64,000 nt of DNA from Cenococcum geophilum. Its lineage: Eukaryota. The notes beneath the pieces were generated by a model, which worked only from the letters and a program-made list of their open reading frames with translations, was not told the origin of the DNA and ran no database searches. The stretch covers positions 8,122,001-8,186,000 of the forward strand of contig CP158635.1 of assembly GCA_050273025.1 (NCBI GenBank). Direction: 5' to 3'. A program made the translations under genes and the position numbers. Positions 37,787 through 51,035 of the stretch are shown piece by piece (the first letter of the stretch is position 1; each line of letters begins with the position of its first letter).

Positions 37787-39733
37787 TCACGCCGGAATCA
37801 ACCCAACCTGAGCCCCGTGAAAACTCTCAAACGTCAACCTCACCTCCTCCACAAACTCCCCCACTGGATCCCTACACTCCACCCCCTGAAACCCCCTCGC
37901 CAACCTCGCAAGCACATACTAAATCTCGCTCCTGGCAAGCTGCTGCGCCGGACAGTGGCGCGGCCCGCCGCTGAAGGGCACGAAGTCCCAGATGGGCCGC
38001 AGGGTGGCCCAGCGCTCGGGGCGGAAGCGGTCGGCGTAGGGGTGGAAGGTCGGTGCGGTGTAGCGCGTAGATGCTCATGCTAACAGTGTCGCCGGGGAGG
38101 AGGAGGAGCATGGTTATGCCGTAGGGTCCGCCGCCGGTGGGGACGGTGCGGCGGAGGCAGGTGCGGGAGTTGTTGGCGACGATGGGGTGGAGGCGGAGGC
38201 CTGGGGGCTTTCAGCCTGCATTTTGGAGGGTATTCCTGGCTTTGTTATCTGGTGGTGTTCAGGGCAAGGAGGTGGGGAGGAGGTGGGAGGAAGGAGGGAG
38301 GGGATGGAGGAGGTAGAGATGAAAGAGGTAGCGAAGCAGAGCACGAATCTTAAACAGCAAACTCACTCTCATTAACCGCCTATCTCAGATACGTCAGGCT
38401 CTTCAACTCTTCGAATATCACCGGCGCATCCCCGAGCCCCAGCACCTCCTCCCTCGGCCTCGCCCCACACCGCCGGATGCCGCGCCAGATCGAACACGAT
38501 GCTCGTCAGCGCAATCGCCGGGCCGTCATGCGCCGCAAGGAACACATTCAGCAGCTCCTGCCGCACCGCATCGCGGTCCCCCGTCCACTTCGCCAGCTCG
38601 TGGGCCAACACATACCGTTCGCCGCCGACATCGCCGCCGAGCAGCTTCCCGCCGCCGCCGCTTTCCAGCTCCTCCTCCTGGCCGGACTCCTTCTCCACGC
38701 TTCCCGGCTCGGCGCCGCCCTGCTACTGCTGCTGCTTGGCGGCGGCCTCCTGCCGCTGAGCCCCCTCGAAGGCCCGTCGACGCGCTGCTGCGTCCAGGCG
38801 TTGACGTAGCGGCACGCGTCGCGGAATCTGCTGTCGTGGTGGAGGAAGCGCAGGCAGCCGAGGAAGAAGCGCACGCCGACGCCCGATTTGGCGAAGTTGA
38901 AGCATTCGAAGAATTTGATGTTTTCCGGGGGGTCGGAGTGGGGTGAGTTGATGGATTCGCCGAAGATGAACTCGGAGGATGAGTCGAGGATCTGGAGGGT
39001 GGGGGGGGGGGGGGGGGGGGGGCTCTTAGCTGGGCTGGAGTTTGCTGGAATAATCGTGCTGCTGGGCTCCTGCTTTGGGAGGGTGGGATTGACTAGGGGA
39101 GAAGAAGAAGAAGAAGAAGAAGAAGAAGACGGGGAGGTGTTGCATCGAGTCTAAATAGCAGTAAGCAGACGCGCCAGCTTAGCAAACAAGGGCTTCAGAC
39201 CCACCGTCTCCCCATTCGTCGGAATCCGCTCATCATCCTGCCCGCATGGACTTCGAAGTTCTGCAACGACTCGAGATTCCTCCGTGCAAAGGTCGGCTGT
39301 ATGAGCCCGCGGCTCCGCTTCCAGCGCGACCCGTCCGAGCTAATGATGCCGTGGCCGAGCAGCGGCTCCGTTGACATGTACCGCGTGGCGCCGATGCCGA
39401 ACGAGTCCATGTTGGTCGCGAACACGGCTTGGATGTTGCACACCGCGATCGTCGACACGACTCGGCTGCTGAAGGGACGGGATTGGAATGTGTTGCCGTA
39501 GCGGGCGTGGTTGGCCTGGTTGAACCGCATACGGCGGTGCTTGCGGGTTGTGCGGAAGAATTGCAAGATGAGGTCGATGCCGAAGATGGGGTCTTTTTGC
39601 GGGAGAGAGGGCGGTGGGAGGCAACCATACTTGTGGAAAGCGAGGTAGTGGTAGAAGCGGGATTGGAGGACTAGAAATGTTTTGTAGAGGGAGGGCAACG
39701 AAGAAAAGGGAGATTGCGGTAGTGAGAGGGCAT
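37787..39733 (-). pseudogene. Cytochrome P450 (CYP52-like clan) pseudogene
   Basis: Motifs DPIFGID, LLGHGIISSDGSRWKRSR, I-helix LNVFLAAHDG, LRLHP, FRPERW and heme motif [10 protein letters not shown] lie in different frames. Several frameshifts, and in-frame TAGs near 38380 and 37920. Confidence 0.85.
39000..39128. repeat. Poly-G run and (GAA)n microsatellite inside a P450 intron
   Basis: A G run of ~22 nt from 39001 and a GAA repeat at ~39099-39128. Confidence 0.9.
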
Positions 39734-40384
39734 GGTGATTGGAGGTTGCAGATTGGAGGTGACAGATTGGAGGTGACAGATTGGAAGCGAGTAGAAAGAA
39801 GTGGAAGAAAGTGAGAGGCTCGAATTGGCAGGGCACGAATGAAGCTGAAAAACTACACATAAACCCCCTCCAAAGGTGGTTGTCACAAAGGTTGCGGCAC
39901 GGCATTAGTGAAGTTGCAAGGATGGGCAAGGTCGGTAATAGGACCTGGTCACTTCGCTTGCTCCACGGACTTTAACGATTTCATCCCTGTACGTACTGCA
40001 ACCGTGGAATATTAGACCGGTCCCTCTGGAGTATTAGGATTGTCGAACCACCTACCGTACGTGGCTAGCGGAAGATCTAGTATACTATAAATTTTATGAA
40101 CTCTTTTTTAATATAAAGCTCTTATACAGTTATAAATATGTAGATTTTATTAACCTTAATACGTCTACTAAGAGTAGAAAAAGAATATACTTAATATTAC
40201 ATGGGTAGGCCTAAGGTAGTTAGCCTTACTATAGGCACTAAAACTTTAGCTACACCTTATATAGCAAGTGTTTTAATGGTAGCGTATATCCACCAGTCCA
40301 CCATCCACCTTCTTGGCGGGAGTTGCGCGAGCCTTATATAGGAGCCAGGCAGGGGTTAAATAAGCGCCATCCCGACCCGGATAC

Positions 40385-43300
40385 GTGTATGTATATATAT
40401 ATATTCTATTATGGCCATGCACCATCTAGGGTATAGGCCGTTACAGAGCGCTAACTAAATACTTCCTGCTATTAATATGCTTGCTCTAGTTTAGAAGCCA
40501 ACTATAAGAACTATATATCTATTACCTAACACTATGCTTAACTAAGGAAAAAATAAAGGAAAGTAATATGTTACTATTAAAGAAAGTTAAAGTTTAGAGG
40601 CGAGCCTAAGTAAGTAGTTTTTAATGCCTTGTGTCTATAGGGCTATTCTAGCATTATACGCTTCTTAATTAGCAACGTACTAGTAGAGGCACGTGTAGAG
40701 GAGGCTCGCGGTGTATTCGGTTAGATAATTAAAGGAGGAATTCTTAAGAGTCTTTACTTATTAATATCAGCTTTTATACTCTCTATATCTTATATACTTA
40801 GGTATAAATATCCAGTCTCCTTTATAAATTTAATTATAGCTTTAACTACGCTAATGTCTGGCTTCTAGCGCTTAATTAGGCCGTTAATATTCCTACCTCC
40901 TTCTTATCTGCGTAAGTAGCCTCCTAATATATATAATAGATCCCTAAATTAATCTCTATATTACTCTCTTAGTTTAATCCTTTACTACGCCCACCTCCTA
41001 TAAGAGAAGAGGAAGTGCTATATTAACTTTATAAGCTTATAGTTACATAACGCCATCTCTAATGCATTAATTTTGTGGAGATATTCCTTTAGAAATAACT
41101 TACTGGTCCGTAGCTATATAAGGATAATAGCTTCTAAGCTAATTAGCTGCTAGTATAATCCTACAGCCTTTCTAAGGTAGAGTGCTGCGTTAATCTTCCT
41201 TATAAACTTACCTGTATTAGATCTTCCTAATAAAAGCAGTTCTGTTATTATTTTAGCTCTTTTTAAGGCTTGCGTCACAAGGTACTATAGGAGGCCGTCT
41301 TTCTATAGTGGCTCCTCGCTCTCTAGTCTTATTGCTGCTTTAATAAGCTTATTGGCCTTTTTATTTTTTATAAATCCTAAGTAGCCTAGAATCTAGTATA
41401 GCGTAATATTGTTTAGCTAAAGCTTTTTTAAAATCTTTGTGACTATTTCCTAGTAGGCTCTAGCCCTCTAGCTCTATACTAATAGTAACGCTAATTATAA
41501 GTTAGAGAATATTCTTATACTAGATATAGGTATTAGAAAACCTACTTAGTTAACAGCCGTGTATATAGGGTCCTATGGCCAGTTAGCTGCCTTGCTAATT
41601 GCTAAAAGCTCTATAAGGTAGGCGTCGGCCTAATTAGAGCTCACTACCGTTTTTAAAAGTGTTGCTTTAGATAGCGTAGCATATACACTAACTCCTGCCC
41701 TACTATTGCGCACCGATGTATTAATGTATATATTAACCTACCCTAGCTTATAGTCTTTAATAATAGCTTGAGTATAATCTTCGTCCTTATATATTACTAT
41801 ATTAGGCTTAGCTATTTACGGCGGGCATGTATATGGTTTAACCTTTAGCACCCTATTTACCTAGACATCCTTATATATCTTTACTGTCCTCTAAAGCGGC
41901 AATTGGTGCCGTCTATAGAGCCTCTGTCTTTAAATCATCTAATAAGGATATAATTTGCCTAGTTTATAGATTAATACCTAAAACGCAATAGCCTGGTTAC
42001 GCAGCCTTTACTTAAGAGGGAGTAAGCCGGCTTCTACTTTTGCTATTAGTAGGGCAATAAAGCGGAACCCCCTAATAATAGCTTATGCCGTAATCCTCTG
42101 CGCCTACTAAAGGAGCTATATTAACTCTTATATTATAAGTAGGTACTATATTAGTAACACGTAGTCTATTACTAGTAGGACTAAGCTCTTAGCTAGCTGC
42201 TTAACGCTCTTAAACTATAGTCCCTTTAATCTGCGTAACGCTAGCGCTACCTTAGTGGCTTTACCTACCTTATCTATTAGGTACGCCTTAAACCGTAGCT
42301 CCTTATTAAGAATTACCCTAAGGATTTTAACTTCCTAAGTTAGGGGGATCCCTTTTCCTTTAAATTGGAGCGGCGTGGTAGTATCCCTACCTACTTCTTT
42401 ATATCTAGTAAGGTAGATAAATAACGTTTTCTTCGCTTTAAATTGGGCTCTACTAGTCCTCTCCTATTTCTCAAGCATTGGTATAATCTTACCCTAGATA
42501 ATCTGCGTATTTTCCTCCGCCGTAGGGCCTATAACCTATACTGAGTAGTCGTTAATAAAGGCTATAGAGCTGCTATTTCTAGGTGCGCTTTATATAAGAT
42601 CCGCATTAAAGAATAGAAAGAGTATTAGGGCTAGTGCTAATCCCTATAGGAGACCCGCCTGCGGGAGCGCCTATACCTCTAATATATATCCGTTAACTAG
42701 GATATAGGCTTAATAGTTTATATAAAAGTCCTACACCTATTATATAATCGTCTAAGGTATCTATCGCTACTATAATCTCCTAATTTCCGGCTCTATAGCC
42801 ATATTATTATACGCACCCTTAATATTAAATAATACTAAAGATAGCGTCTTCTTTCCTCTTTATGCTCTAAATACGTCCTTATAGAGATATAATAGCGTAT
42901 ATATTATTAACCTTTACTTTCTAGCTCTAAAGTGCGTCTTAGGTAGTAGGCTATATTCCTCTACTAGGTATGCTATCCTCTCCGCCACTAGCGATTTAAG
43001 TGCTTTTCCTAGTATTGGGAGAAAAGAGATCGGCCTATAGTTATTTGCTACTATATAGTCCCCCCGCTTTAGCTTCTATAGCGGTATAATCTTTACTACC
43101 TTTTATTCCTAGGGTACCTTTCCTATCTTAAGTAATTTGGTAAAGAGAGTGGTAATTTTACCACTTAGTATGGGCCACAGCTCTTGCCACACCCTGGCTA
43201 GTAGGCCGTCCCTTTTAGGAGCCTTATTTAGGCTAGCCCTAAACACAGCTACCTTGACCTCATGTTTGGTGATAGGCTCCTACGGCAATTAGTTGTAGCT

Positions 43301-46107
43301 AGTTATAGCTTCCTCCTCTTATTTACACGGCGGTAGGACCGGAAAGAATACCTAGAGTAGTTCTCTTGCAATATTATAGTTCTCTGTAATAACTTCTCCC
43401 TATCCTCCATCCTTCTTAATTAGTAGTATTCTAGCGAACGCGGATATAGCCTACAGATTGAGGTATTTCGACGCTTTTTATATATTATTACTATTACTAA
43501 GGAATTCGTCCTAATAGAGCTTCCTATATCGCTGAATAGTCCTATAGAAGAGCTTCTTTACTCTTACTATAATATTACGTAGCTTAGGGTCATCCCTTCC
43601 TTGCCTCCGCATCGCGCTATTTCTGTTTCTTTAGTATATATATAACTTCCTTAGCGTTATAAGGTCTTCGTTCCACCATCTTTTTATATACAGTGATAGT
43701 CTAGCCCATTAGCAGTGTGCTTTAAGGGCTTTATTAACCTACCTATTAAGGTAGTTAACCATTTTGTCTATATCTTCTATAGGGAATCCTATCTCTTTCT
43801 ATTACTCTATATCTTCTTATATCTTATCCTAATTTGCATTTTTAATAAGTAGCCTCTCCTAGCTCTCCTGCGTATCTATATTAACCTAAAAGCTAGTATA
43901 GATAGCTCTATAGTCTAATCTGTACTTATACTTCTAAATAGCGCACTTTACTAGTTTACTCGCTAGGCCCAGGGTTGCAAGTATAAGGTTAATTATTAAT
44001 ATTCGCCCTATATTGCTTTTAAACGTAGGTATTCTTACTAAAAGTAGGCTTTAGAGTAACCGGTCCGCCATAAAGTTAATAATTGGCGCGCTTTCTTCCT
44101 GCGTTAATGTGGTACTAATATAACTTCCTCCCCATAGCGGATTATGCCAATTAAAGTCACCTGCAATTACTACCTTAGTGTGTAGGTCGCGTAATAGTTC
44201 ACCTTAGATTAGCCTATTAATTATCTCCAGTTTACTAGAGAGCTCCTCTAGGTTCTCTTCCTTAGTTCTCCTTAAATATCTATCTAGAATATATACTAAT
44301 ATAATTATAAGTCTCCTTTAGCTAACGTGCGCTACTACCGCCGTAATATCTGCTAAATCTACCTACAGCTATATAGCTGCCAGCTCTCTAGATACCCAGA
44401 TATATAACCTAACTAGGGAATACTACTACTGCCTGCCCATTAGGACGAACCTTATCCACTAGGGATTTAAGCCAGCTAGCACCACTTCCCCATCTAAGAG
44501 AAAGCAGTAAGGCTCCTGGCCTAAAATAAAGTAGAAGTCTGCTAGCGCTTTATTATTATATAGCGCATACTACGCCTCCCTATACTTCTTTATATTCGCC
44601 TAGAGGATCTAAAGTTCTCTATTTATAGCGCTATTATATAAGAATCCTATCTATCTCTTTTCTGTATACTAGGTATTTACGGTATAAGGCTTAGTAAGGA
44701 CCCTAGCAGTTTACATAGTATAGATTTACCATCTTATACTAGAGATAGCCTTCCCGCCTATATATTTTGCATATATTAGGTCGCGTACAGTCTCTAGCCC
44801 TATATTTAAACCTTTTGTATTTATAGTATATTATAGGGGTATATCGCTCCTTAAATGGTAATATAATAATCGCGCCTCCCCTAAATAATACGTTGTTTAA
44901 CGTAAGCAGCTTCTCTACATCCTCCTTTATTGCCACTTTAATAATCACTAACGCGTGCTAGCCGCGCGGCCTTAGTTATCCTAGCTATCTCATTATATAT
45001 ACCTTTACCCTATTCTCTACCCTAAAGCACTCTATAGCTAACTTACTTACTTTTCTACTATTAATATCTATCGCTAAAGGTACTTTAACCCAGTCCGCCT
45101 TAACCATATACCACTTAGGTCTAATAAGCCTCGCCCTAGGGATATGCGGTTTAAGCCATTAAGCAATTATCTACCTAAACACAGCTTCTTTATCTTTTTC
45201 CACTAAAAATCTAATAATGCTCGCGCTGTCGCTTATTCGCTATACGCGGAAGTCCTTAAGTATAGCTCCTATAAGCCCCTTAACATCCTTTATACCTTAC
45301 GCAATGGTTTACTTTACTACTTTAGTAGTAGCTACCCTCTCTATTACCTCTAAACCTGCTCGGCTAACGTCTATTACTAGCTGCTAATTGGGTTCCTTGG
45401 GGTTCCTAGCGCTTATTATTTGTGGTAAGGTTATCTCTAACCCTGCCGTGCCTTTACTAGCCGCTACCGATGCCTATAATTGTGTTAGAGCTAAGGGAGT
45501 GTTTAGTTACGCTTATAAGGACCAAATAGCCTTTTAGAGTTTAGCGTTTTACTTTTTAAGGCTTTGCTATTTCAATTTAATATCTACAAAGTTATTTCTA
45601 ATGCTCTTAATAATACTATTCTGGTTTATAATAATGTTGCTCTACTATACTATAGTTTCTTTAAGGCTTTCAATAAGTTGATAAAATTCATTATAATTAA
45701 TACCTCCTCCTTTACGTTCGGGTAAGGTAGAGACTCTTACTATAGGGAATAGAGGCAGTATATGCTATGTAGCTTGTAGTCCGGTTTATAGTGCGGTTGT
45801 CTACTGTTCAAACTATACTAATATTTAGGCTCGTGTCCTCAGCGACTACTAGGCCTCTTACACCTTCGCGCTCGGTTTCTTTATACGTCTTAGTAGAGCT
45901 GCTAGCGGGTCCAGAGGCAGTGTTGCTGATACGCGTTCAGGGGTCAAAGCAGCCATCGGGGCTCCGGGGCTTCGTTCGGTGGGCCGCAGGGGCCGCCTTG
46001 TAGCGGGAACTAGCTAAACAAAAGACTAGGATTTAATTAAAAGAATGTCCGAGATAAATATCCTCCTCTTTCAAAAGTTCTATCCGGGGTCAGTAATACA
46101 AGGGGGT
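40385..46107 (-). mobile_element. Near full-length RIPed Tad1-like LINE (ORF1 Zn-knuckle; ORF2 APE-RT-RNase H)
   Basis: Minus strand: CCHC knuckle remnants ~44650-44830, APE motif AGDFNxHxPLWGG ~44130-44170, RT GLPxG..L.LILF and AF(I/V)(N/D)DY ~42545-42660, RNase H ~41350-41740. Tail AATAGAATA(T/C)ATA..CATAC at ~40385-40410. Probable TSD CC(G/A)ACCCGGATA at 40372 and 46108. Ends approximate. Confidence 0.88.
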
Positions 46108-46454
46108 CCAACCCGGATACAAGGGTGTGGCCGGTACAGGTCGGCCGCCCTCCCTGCTAGGACGGTCGAGGTGTTAGAAACTCATAATACTTTGTCCAGG
46201 TGTATCTCGTTAGCTTCGTTAAAAGTCGTGGAGAAAAGTAGGGGGGCTGTGTTGTCGCATGTCGTACGAGTGAAGATGATCATGGCGAGCGAAAGACTGA
46301 GAAGATACTTTGAAAAATAAACTTTTTGTAATAAAAGGTTTTATTAATGGATGGAAGTCTGGCGAACGAGGAAGTGGCCATGTGTCAAGGTACAGCTCTC
46401 TCTCAGGCTCAAGGCCCGCCAAAGAAGACCCGACAAAAGCCACCCCGTCACTAG

Positions 46455-46565
46455 AGTCAGCTGAAGACCCGGTGCATTATCTAGCCGAGTATGAAATACT
46501 TGTTTGTAGGGAGCACGGTGGTGCGCTAAACTGGAGCAGCTATCTGGGAGACCACCATTTATGGC
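46455..46565 (+). pseudogene. Short gene fragment resembling DUF3505/OrsD-like Zn-binding N-terminus
   Basis: Translation EDPVHYLAEYEILVCREHGGAL..HH resembles the YLxEYxxLxCxxC/H..H..H pattern. No continuation. Confidence 0.4.
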
Positions 46566-46773
46566 AGTCAAGGACGCCCGCAAACGAAAGTCCCGAAACA
46601 AAGGTACGGCTAGCTTAAGCATAGGAAGCCGAATGGTGTGCAACTTATAGGAAGCGGCTTAAGCCGCGCATTGGCAACGAGTATGAGAGGTTCACATGGG
46701 ATGCGATATGAACGCATTCGTGACTGAAGCTTGCAAGCAACTGTTTATTGGATGGAACTTGGAGGCGCATATA

Positions 46774-46860
46774 TCCCTTCCAACGGTACAATTCGTCCTA
46801 TCAATTCTATTGGCTGGCTCTTATCGATAATGGTAGGACGAATTGTACCGTTGGAAGGGA
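46774..46860. mobile_element. 87-bp MITE
   Basis: TIR TCCCTTCCAACGGTACAATTCGTCCTA(T/C)CA with an inverted copy ending 46860, and TA TSD. Confidence 0.85.
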
Positions 46861-47039
46861 TACACTGCGGCAGTTCCATGTCTATTGAGCTCTCATCGAT
46901 CTTTCCGAATTAAGATCACCCTACGACCTACGCTACGTCATATATTGTCCCTCCCACTTGTCATTCCCATTATCTTATATGCTTTACTATCTTCTTAATC
47001 GCTCCACACCATCGCGCTAAGAAACCACTTAGGCATATC

Positions 47040-48793
47040 CTAATTCCAACCAAGGGAATTCTCAGCCGGAACAGGAGTTGAGATCTGCCGTCGTCGTATA
47101 GCATGTCCGTTGCTTCCTCCACTGCCACGGGTATCACGGCTTCCAGGAGAAGATTGTCCAGGACGACCGCTAGGCATCCAAGCAGCACCACCAGCCATTG
47201 ATTCATAGGTATAGTAACTGGCACTAGACACCAAGTTCGACCGTTGGTGCTTCTTGTTCCTATACCTGCGCGCAACGAGGAACATGGCAACACCGCATGC
47301 TATCGCACCTATGGTAGCTCCCGTAGCAATCCCTACACTAGTAAGCATAACTTTGCGGTTAATATTCATGTCCTTACATATCGTACCTCCAATGCCGTAT
47401 TTATTGGGTTCTGTGCTTAATAGAACAAATAGTTGGGTTGGCTCAACTTTGCCAGCAAGCGTTAATCCGTTGACAGTACGGATCTGGTTGCCATCGCTGT
47501 TAGCTAGGAGATACGAGACGTCACTTGAAAGTTCCCAGGTGAAAGAGGACAGAACTGGAATAGGAGTTACGCCAGTGGGAGTAGAAATTGGTGCTATTGG
47601 TTCAGATGTAGGGTTAGTCAGTCCTACGCCGCTGCTTAGAACGGCGCCGTTGAGAGACGGAATAACTTGAGTGGGCTGAAGCACGGAAGACGGCTGGGAG
47701 ACCAGAGAGGATACAAGTGACAGAATAGACATGCTCTCTAAGGTTGTAATAGGGGCTGGACCGGAAGCTATTGGTGAGTCTGTTAATCTAGATGCTGTCA
47801 TATATCTAACGACGGTTCCGGGAGTAGGTTGAAATATAGGTGGTAATTCCAACGAGACCTGAGCATGATTAGGCTCGCTCTCTGATGTTAGAATAAATGT
47901 CGCGATTGTTTCAAGGAGGCCGCTGGTTAAGCTTAAAGATGGTATAATGCCGGCGCCAGATGGGGCTAGAATAGTAGCGGCAAGACCTCCAGCAGATCCA
48001 ATAGAATTGGCGACAGAACTAGGAGCAACGGTGGGAAATTGAATACCTCCTGTAGAGCTTCCCCTAAGAGCCGAAGTTATCTGCAGAGCGATTTTACCTG
48101 TACCTTGGGAAGGAGATAAATCGATTATGCTTGTGAAGGGAGCAGGAGAGCTGGATGTCCCCAATACGTGGGTCTTGGGAAGAAAAATGGTGGAAAAAGT
48201 AGTGCGCCCTGGATTGAGGACGCCATTTTCGTGAGAAGACAGAGGCGAGAGACTTTTCGAGACTTGTGATGGCTTAACGTTGGTTTCTGCGATATCGCTT
48301 CCACGACTTGGTTGAATGGCAGCATTTATAGATAAACGAATAGCTGCGTTATCAAATTGGCCGATAGTAGGTTGGGTAAGCTTAACCGTCGTAACGGGTA
48401 TTCTGGATTTTTGATTTGAACAACGCGGAGGCTCTGGCAAGCCTGCCTCGAGGGCCTCAGTGCAACCTTTGCTGGATTCGTTCTCCTATGCAAGTCAACA
48501 TAGACTAATAGACATCCTAGTATCGCAATTATGTTGTCTACCTCACTGCAGTACGCTAGGAAGTCTTTCTCAGCCGTCCACTTCGCTAGTTTGGCCATGC
48601 AGCGCCCATCCGTCCAACTAGCGTATCCGAACCAGAGTGCTAGCGTGGGTAAGAATATAACACCTATTGCCTTAAGCCAGCGTAGTATAGTCTTTCTTAG
48701 GCGTAGCAGGATCCTTGAACGGGTCTTTTTGGGTCTCGATATCCTGCCTGCATGGCGGGGCTTACGTTTCGGTCGTGTGCTGGATCTAATCAT
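47040..48793 (-). CDS. Two-TM Ser/Thr/Pro-rich membrane protein with an Msb2-type signalling-mucin TM and cytoplasmic tail (exons 48793-48542, 48485-47040; ~565 aa)
   Basis: A GT-AG intron at 48541-48486 joins the two listed ORFs in frame. Basic N-terminus plus TM (IGVIFLPTLALWFGY) plus AKWTAEKDFLAYC motif, then a long S/T/P-rich region, TM VGIATGATIGAIACGVAMFLVARRY, and C-terminus RRQISTPVPAENSLGWN, matching the characteristic ISxPVxAENSLGWN end of filamentous-fungal Msb2. Confidence 0.8.
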
Positions 48794-48891
48794 ACCTTCT
48801 GATTAGGTGGGGGAGCGAAGAGATCTAGGCTGCCTGCGGTTACTTCTTTAAAGTTGGGTGGGTTTAGGGGCTTAGAGGACGCGAATTTATA

Positions 48892-50267
48892 CAAGGGGGC
48901 CTCATGAGCGGGCTGCTCGCCCTCCCTGCTAGCGCTGGCGTGGCTTTAGCCATATGTAGCGTATGAATAATCCACAGAAGCCACTAGAATACACCAGACT
49001 AGCTAGATAACATATAAAACAACGGCAGGGGGGCCTTATATCTTGTATTACAAAAATACTAAATCTTATACGCCGGCAGCGAGGCTACTATCCACTAAAA
49101 ATCTAATACCCAATTCTTTGAGATCTAGGCACCCGTCTTTCTTACCGTGAGCGTAATATTGCTTATTTCCTCTCTTAATACGCTAGTTGGAATCACTAAA
49201 GGATTAGTGCCTCCCTTAGTATACCTTACAGAACTATATTAAATTCTCTCTAGAATCCATAGACCCCTTAAAAGCAGAGGGGAAGGAAGCCGAATATTAA
49301 TACCCCAGCATAACAGCGTCTAATTGTATAAGCAAAGTAGGACCGTTGGCACCGACAGAAATCCTTTAAGGAGATTACATTTCTTAAGGGAATCTCTGCC
49401 TGTAAGCGATCTTTATATAAGGCCTTTAAAAAGGAGGGCTACTTCCGCCGCGTTGTAACAGAGAAGCCCCTTATTACGCCTAAATAACGAGAGGCCCGTC
49501 TTAAATAGGCCTATTCTTATCTAGAATGGACTCCTAAGATGTGGGCAGCAGTAATTTAAATAGATAAAGCGTCTATTTAAACCGGTGGAGGCCAGATTTT
49601 TATTACTAGAAGCGCCGAGGAGAAATATAATATTAATTGCTGTGTCCCTAAATTTAGGGGGTATTCAAGCTAGATAATCTACGGTAGTATTTCCCATAGG
49701 AATAAGGGACCTTTAGTTATTTTTAAAAAGGACTAGTTAATTAAGCTAGGATACAAGAAAAAGACGATAAATGGCAACGTCTACCGTACCTATATATACC
49801 CCAAAATTAAGACTTTTATATAGGAATTATGGCAGATACTATAATACCAGCCTATCCTTATAGAGGATAATGCCTTAATTTACTTAGTAAAAGTAACGCG
49901 CCTTGCTTAGGAACAGAACGGCATGCTAGTAATAGAATGGCCAGCAAATTCTCCTAATTTAAATCTAATTGAGAATATCTGGAGGCTGTTAAAGGGGAGG
50001 ATATAACGCCGGTTCCCTAGAATAAATGACAAAGTATAGCAGTACGCTGAGGAGGAATGGGAGAAGCTCAAACCTAAAGAATTCGAAAAGTATACAGGCA
50101 ATATAAGGGAGCGCTGCTTGGCTGTAATTGATGCAGATGGCGGCCCAACGAAATATTAGTAATTGGTTACTGAATAAGCACTGTTTTCATGTGGCGATGT
50201 GGCAATTGTAAGCACTAACGGAGGCGCTAGCAGGGAGGGCGAGCAGCCCGCTCATGAGGCCCCCTTG
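48892..50267 (+). mobile_element. Tc1-family (DD34E) transposon, RIP-inactivated
   Basis: Perfect 44-bp TIRs CAAGGGGGCCTCATGAGCGGGCTGCTCGCCCTCCCTGCTAGCGC and TA TSD. Transposase remnant ~49070-50159 with EDNA..WPANSP(N/D)LNxIENIW (34 residues between D and E) and GGPTKY*. Confidence 0.95.
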
Positions 50268-50536
50268 TAATCGTTCGGTTAGCGTTGTGGCTTAAGACGA
50301 AACAAGCCCTAATGCACTGCTCCCGACAAGGCATAGAGGAAAAAGAAAGAACTTAAAGGACATTTATGGTCGAACTCCACCATCCCATGCCTTAGAGAAG
50401 AGAGAGCTGTTATTCAAGGTCACAAAACATGGGCCTAGGATTTTAGAGGATCACCTGCAGGCAATTGCGGATTCCTTAAAATTTAGGAAATGATGGGTTA
50501 GAACTATATTTTAAACACCATCTTATTAAGTTTCTA

Positions 50537-50853
50537 TCCCATGCGCCGTTGAGGCGTACGCCAAAAGAGGCCCGTGCGGGAACACCAAAACTTTTCACAC
50601 GCTCCTCCAAGGACTCAATTCGGCTGTGCTCTATGCAATATACCCCTCTACAAAGAAGGACTTGCTGGCAGGAATACCTCAGCCTAATCAGGACACGATA
50701 GAGTCAGTTATATATCAAGTTTGAGCTTTATTATAATGATTTAGAGCCTTAATTTATTGATCAAATTCACGGCTCATTTCGCGAAGACACGATTCAATCT
50801 AGAGACTCTGATTGGTTCGCTTGTGCGTACGCCTTTCTCAACGGCGCATGGGA
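50537..50853. mobile_element. 317-bp MITE
   Basis: TIRs TCCCATGCGCCGTTGAG(AAAG)GCGTACGC and TA TSD (50535-36, 50854-55). Confidence 0.8.
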
Positions 50854-51035
50854 TAGCCAAATCCTTGCATTTAGGATTAGGTATTCTCTTAAACTGCACC
50901 TGCACTGAACTGCTAGTCTCTTCCCTTCGCCGTATTCTTTGAGCGCCGCTTAGATTGCGATAGCATAGTAACCGTTATATACCAAAGTTTCCTGTAATAT
51001 CTGATCTCCCGTTATAATATCTTTCTCTCCGATTT

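Noticed and set aside
35759..39975. Numerous short overlapping ORFs around the F-box and P450 loci
   Set aside because: They are alternative-frame or antisense readings of GC-rich exons already explained by the two gene models.
46097..46119. TA-CAAGGGGGT as another Tc1 end just left of the Pack element
   Set aside because: It is only 9 bp of similarity, no matching inverted partner was found, and it overlaps the probable LINE 5' end and TSD.
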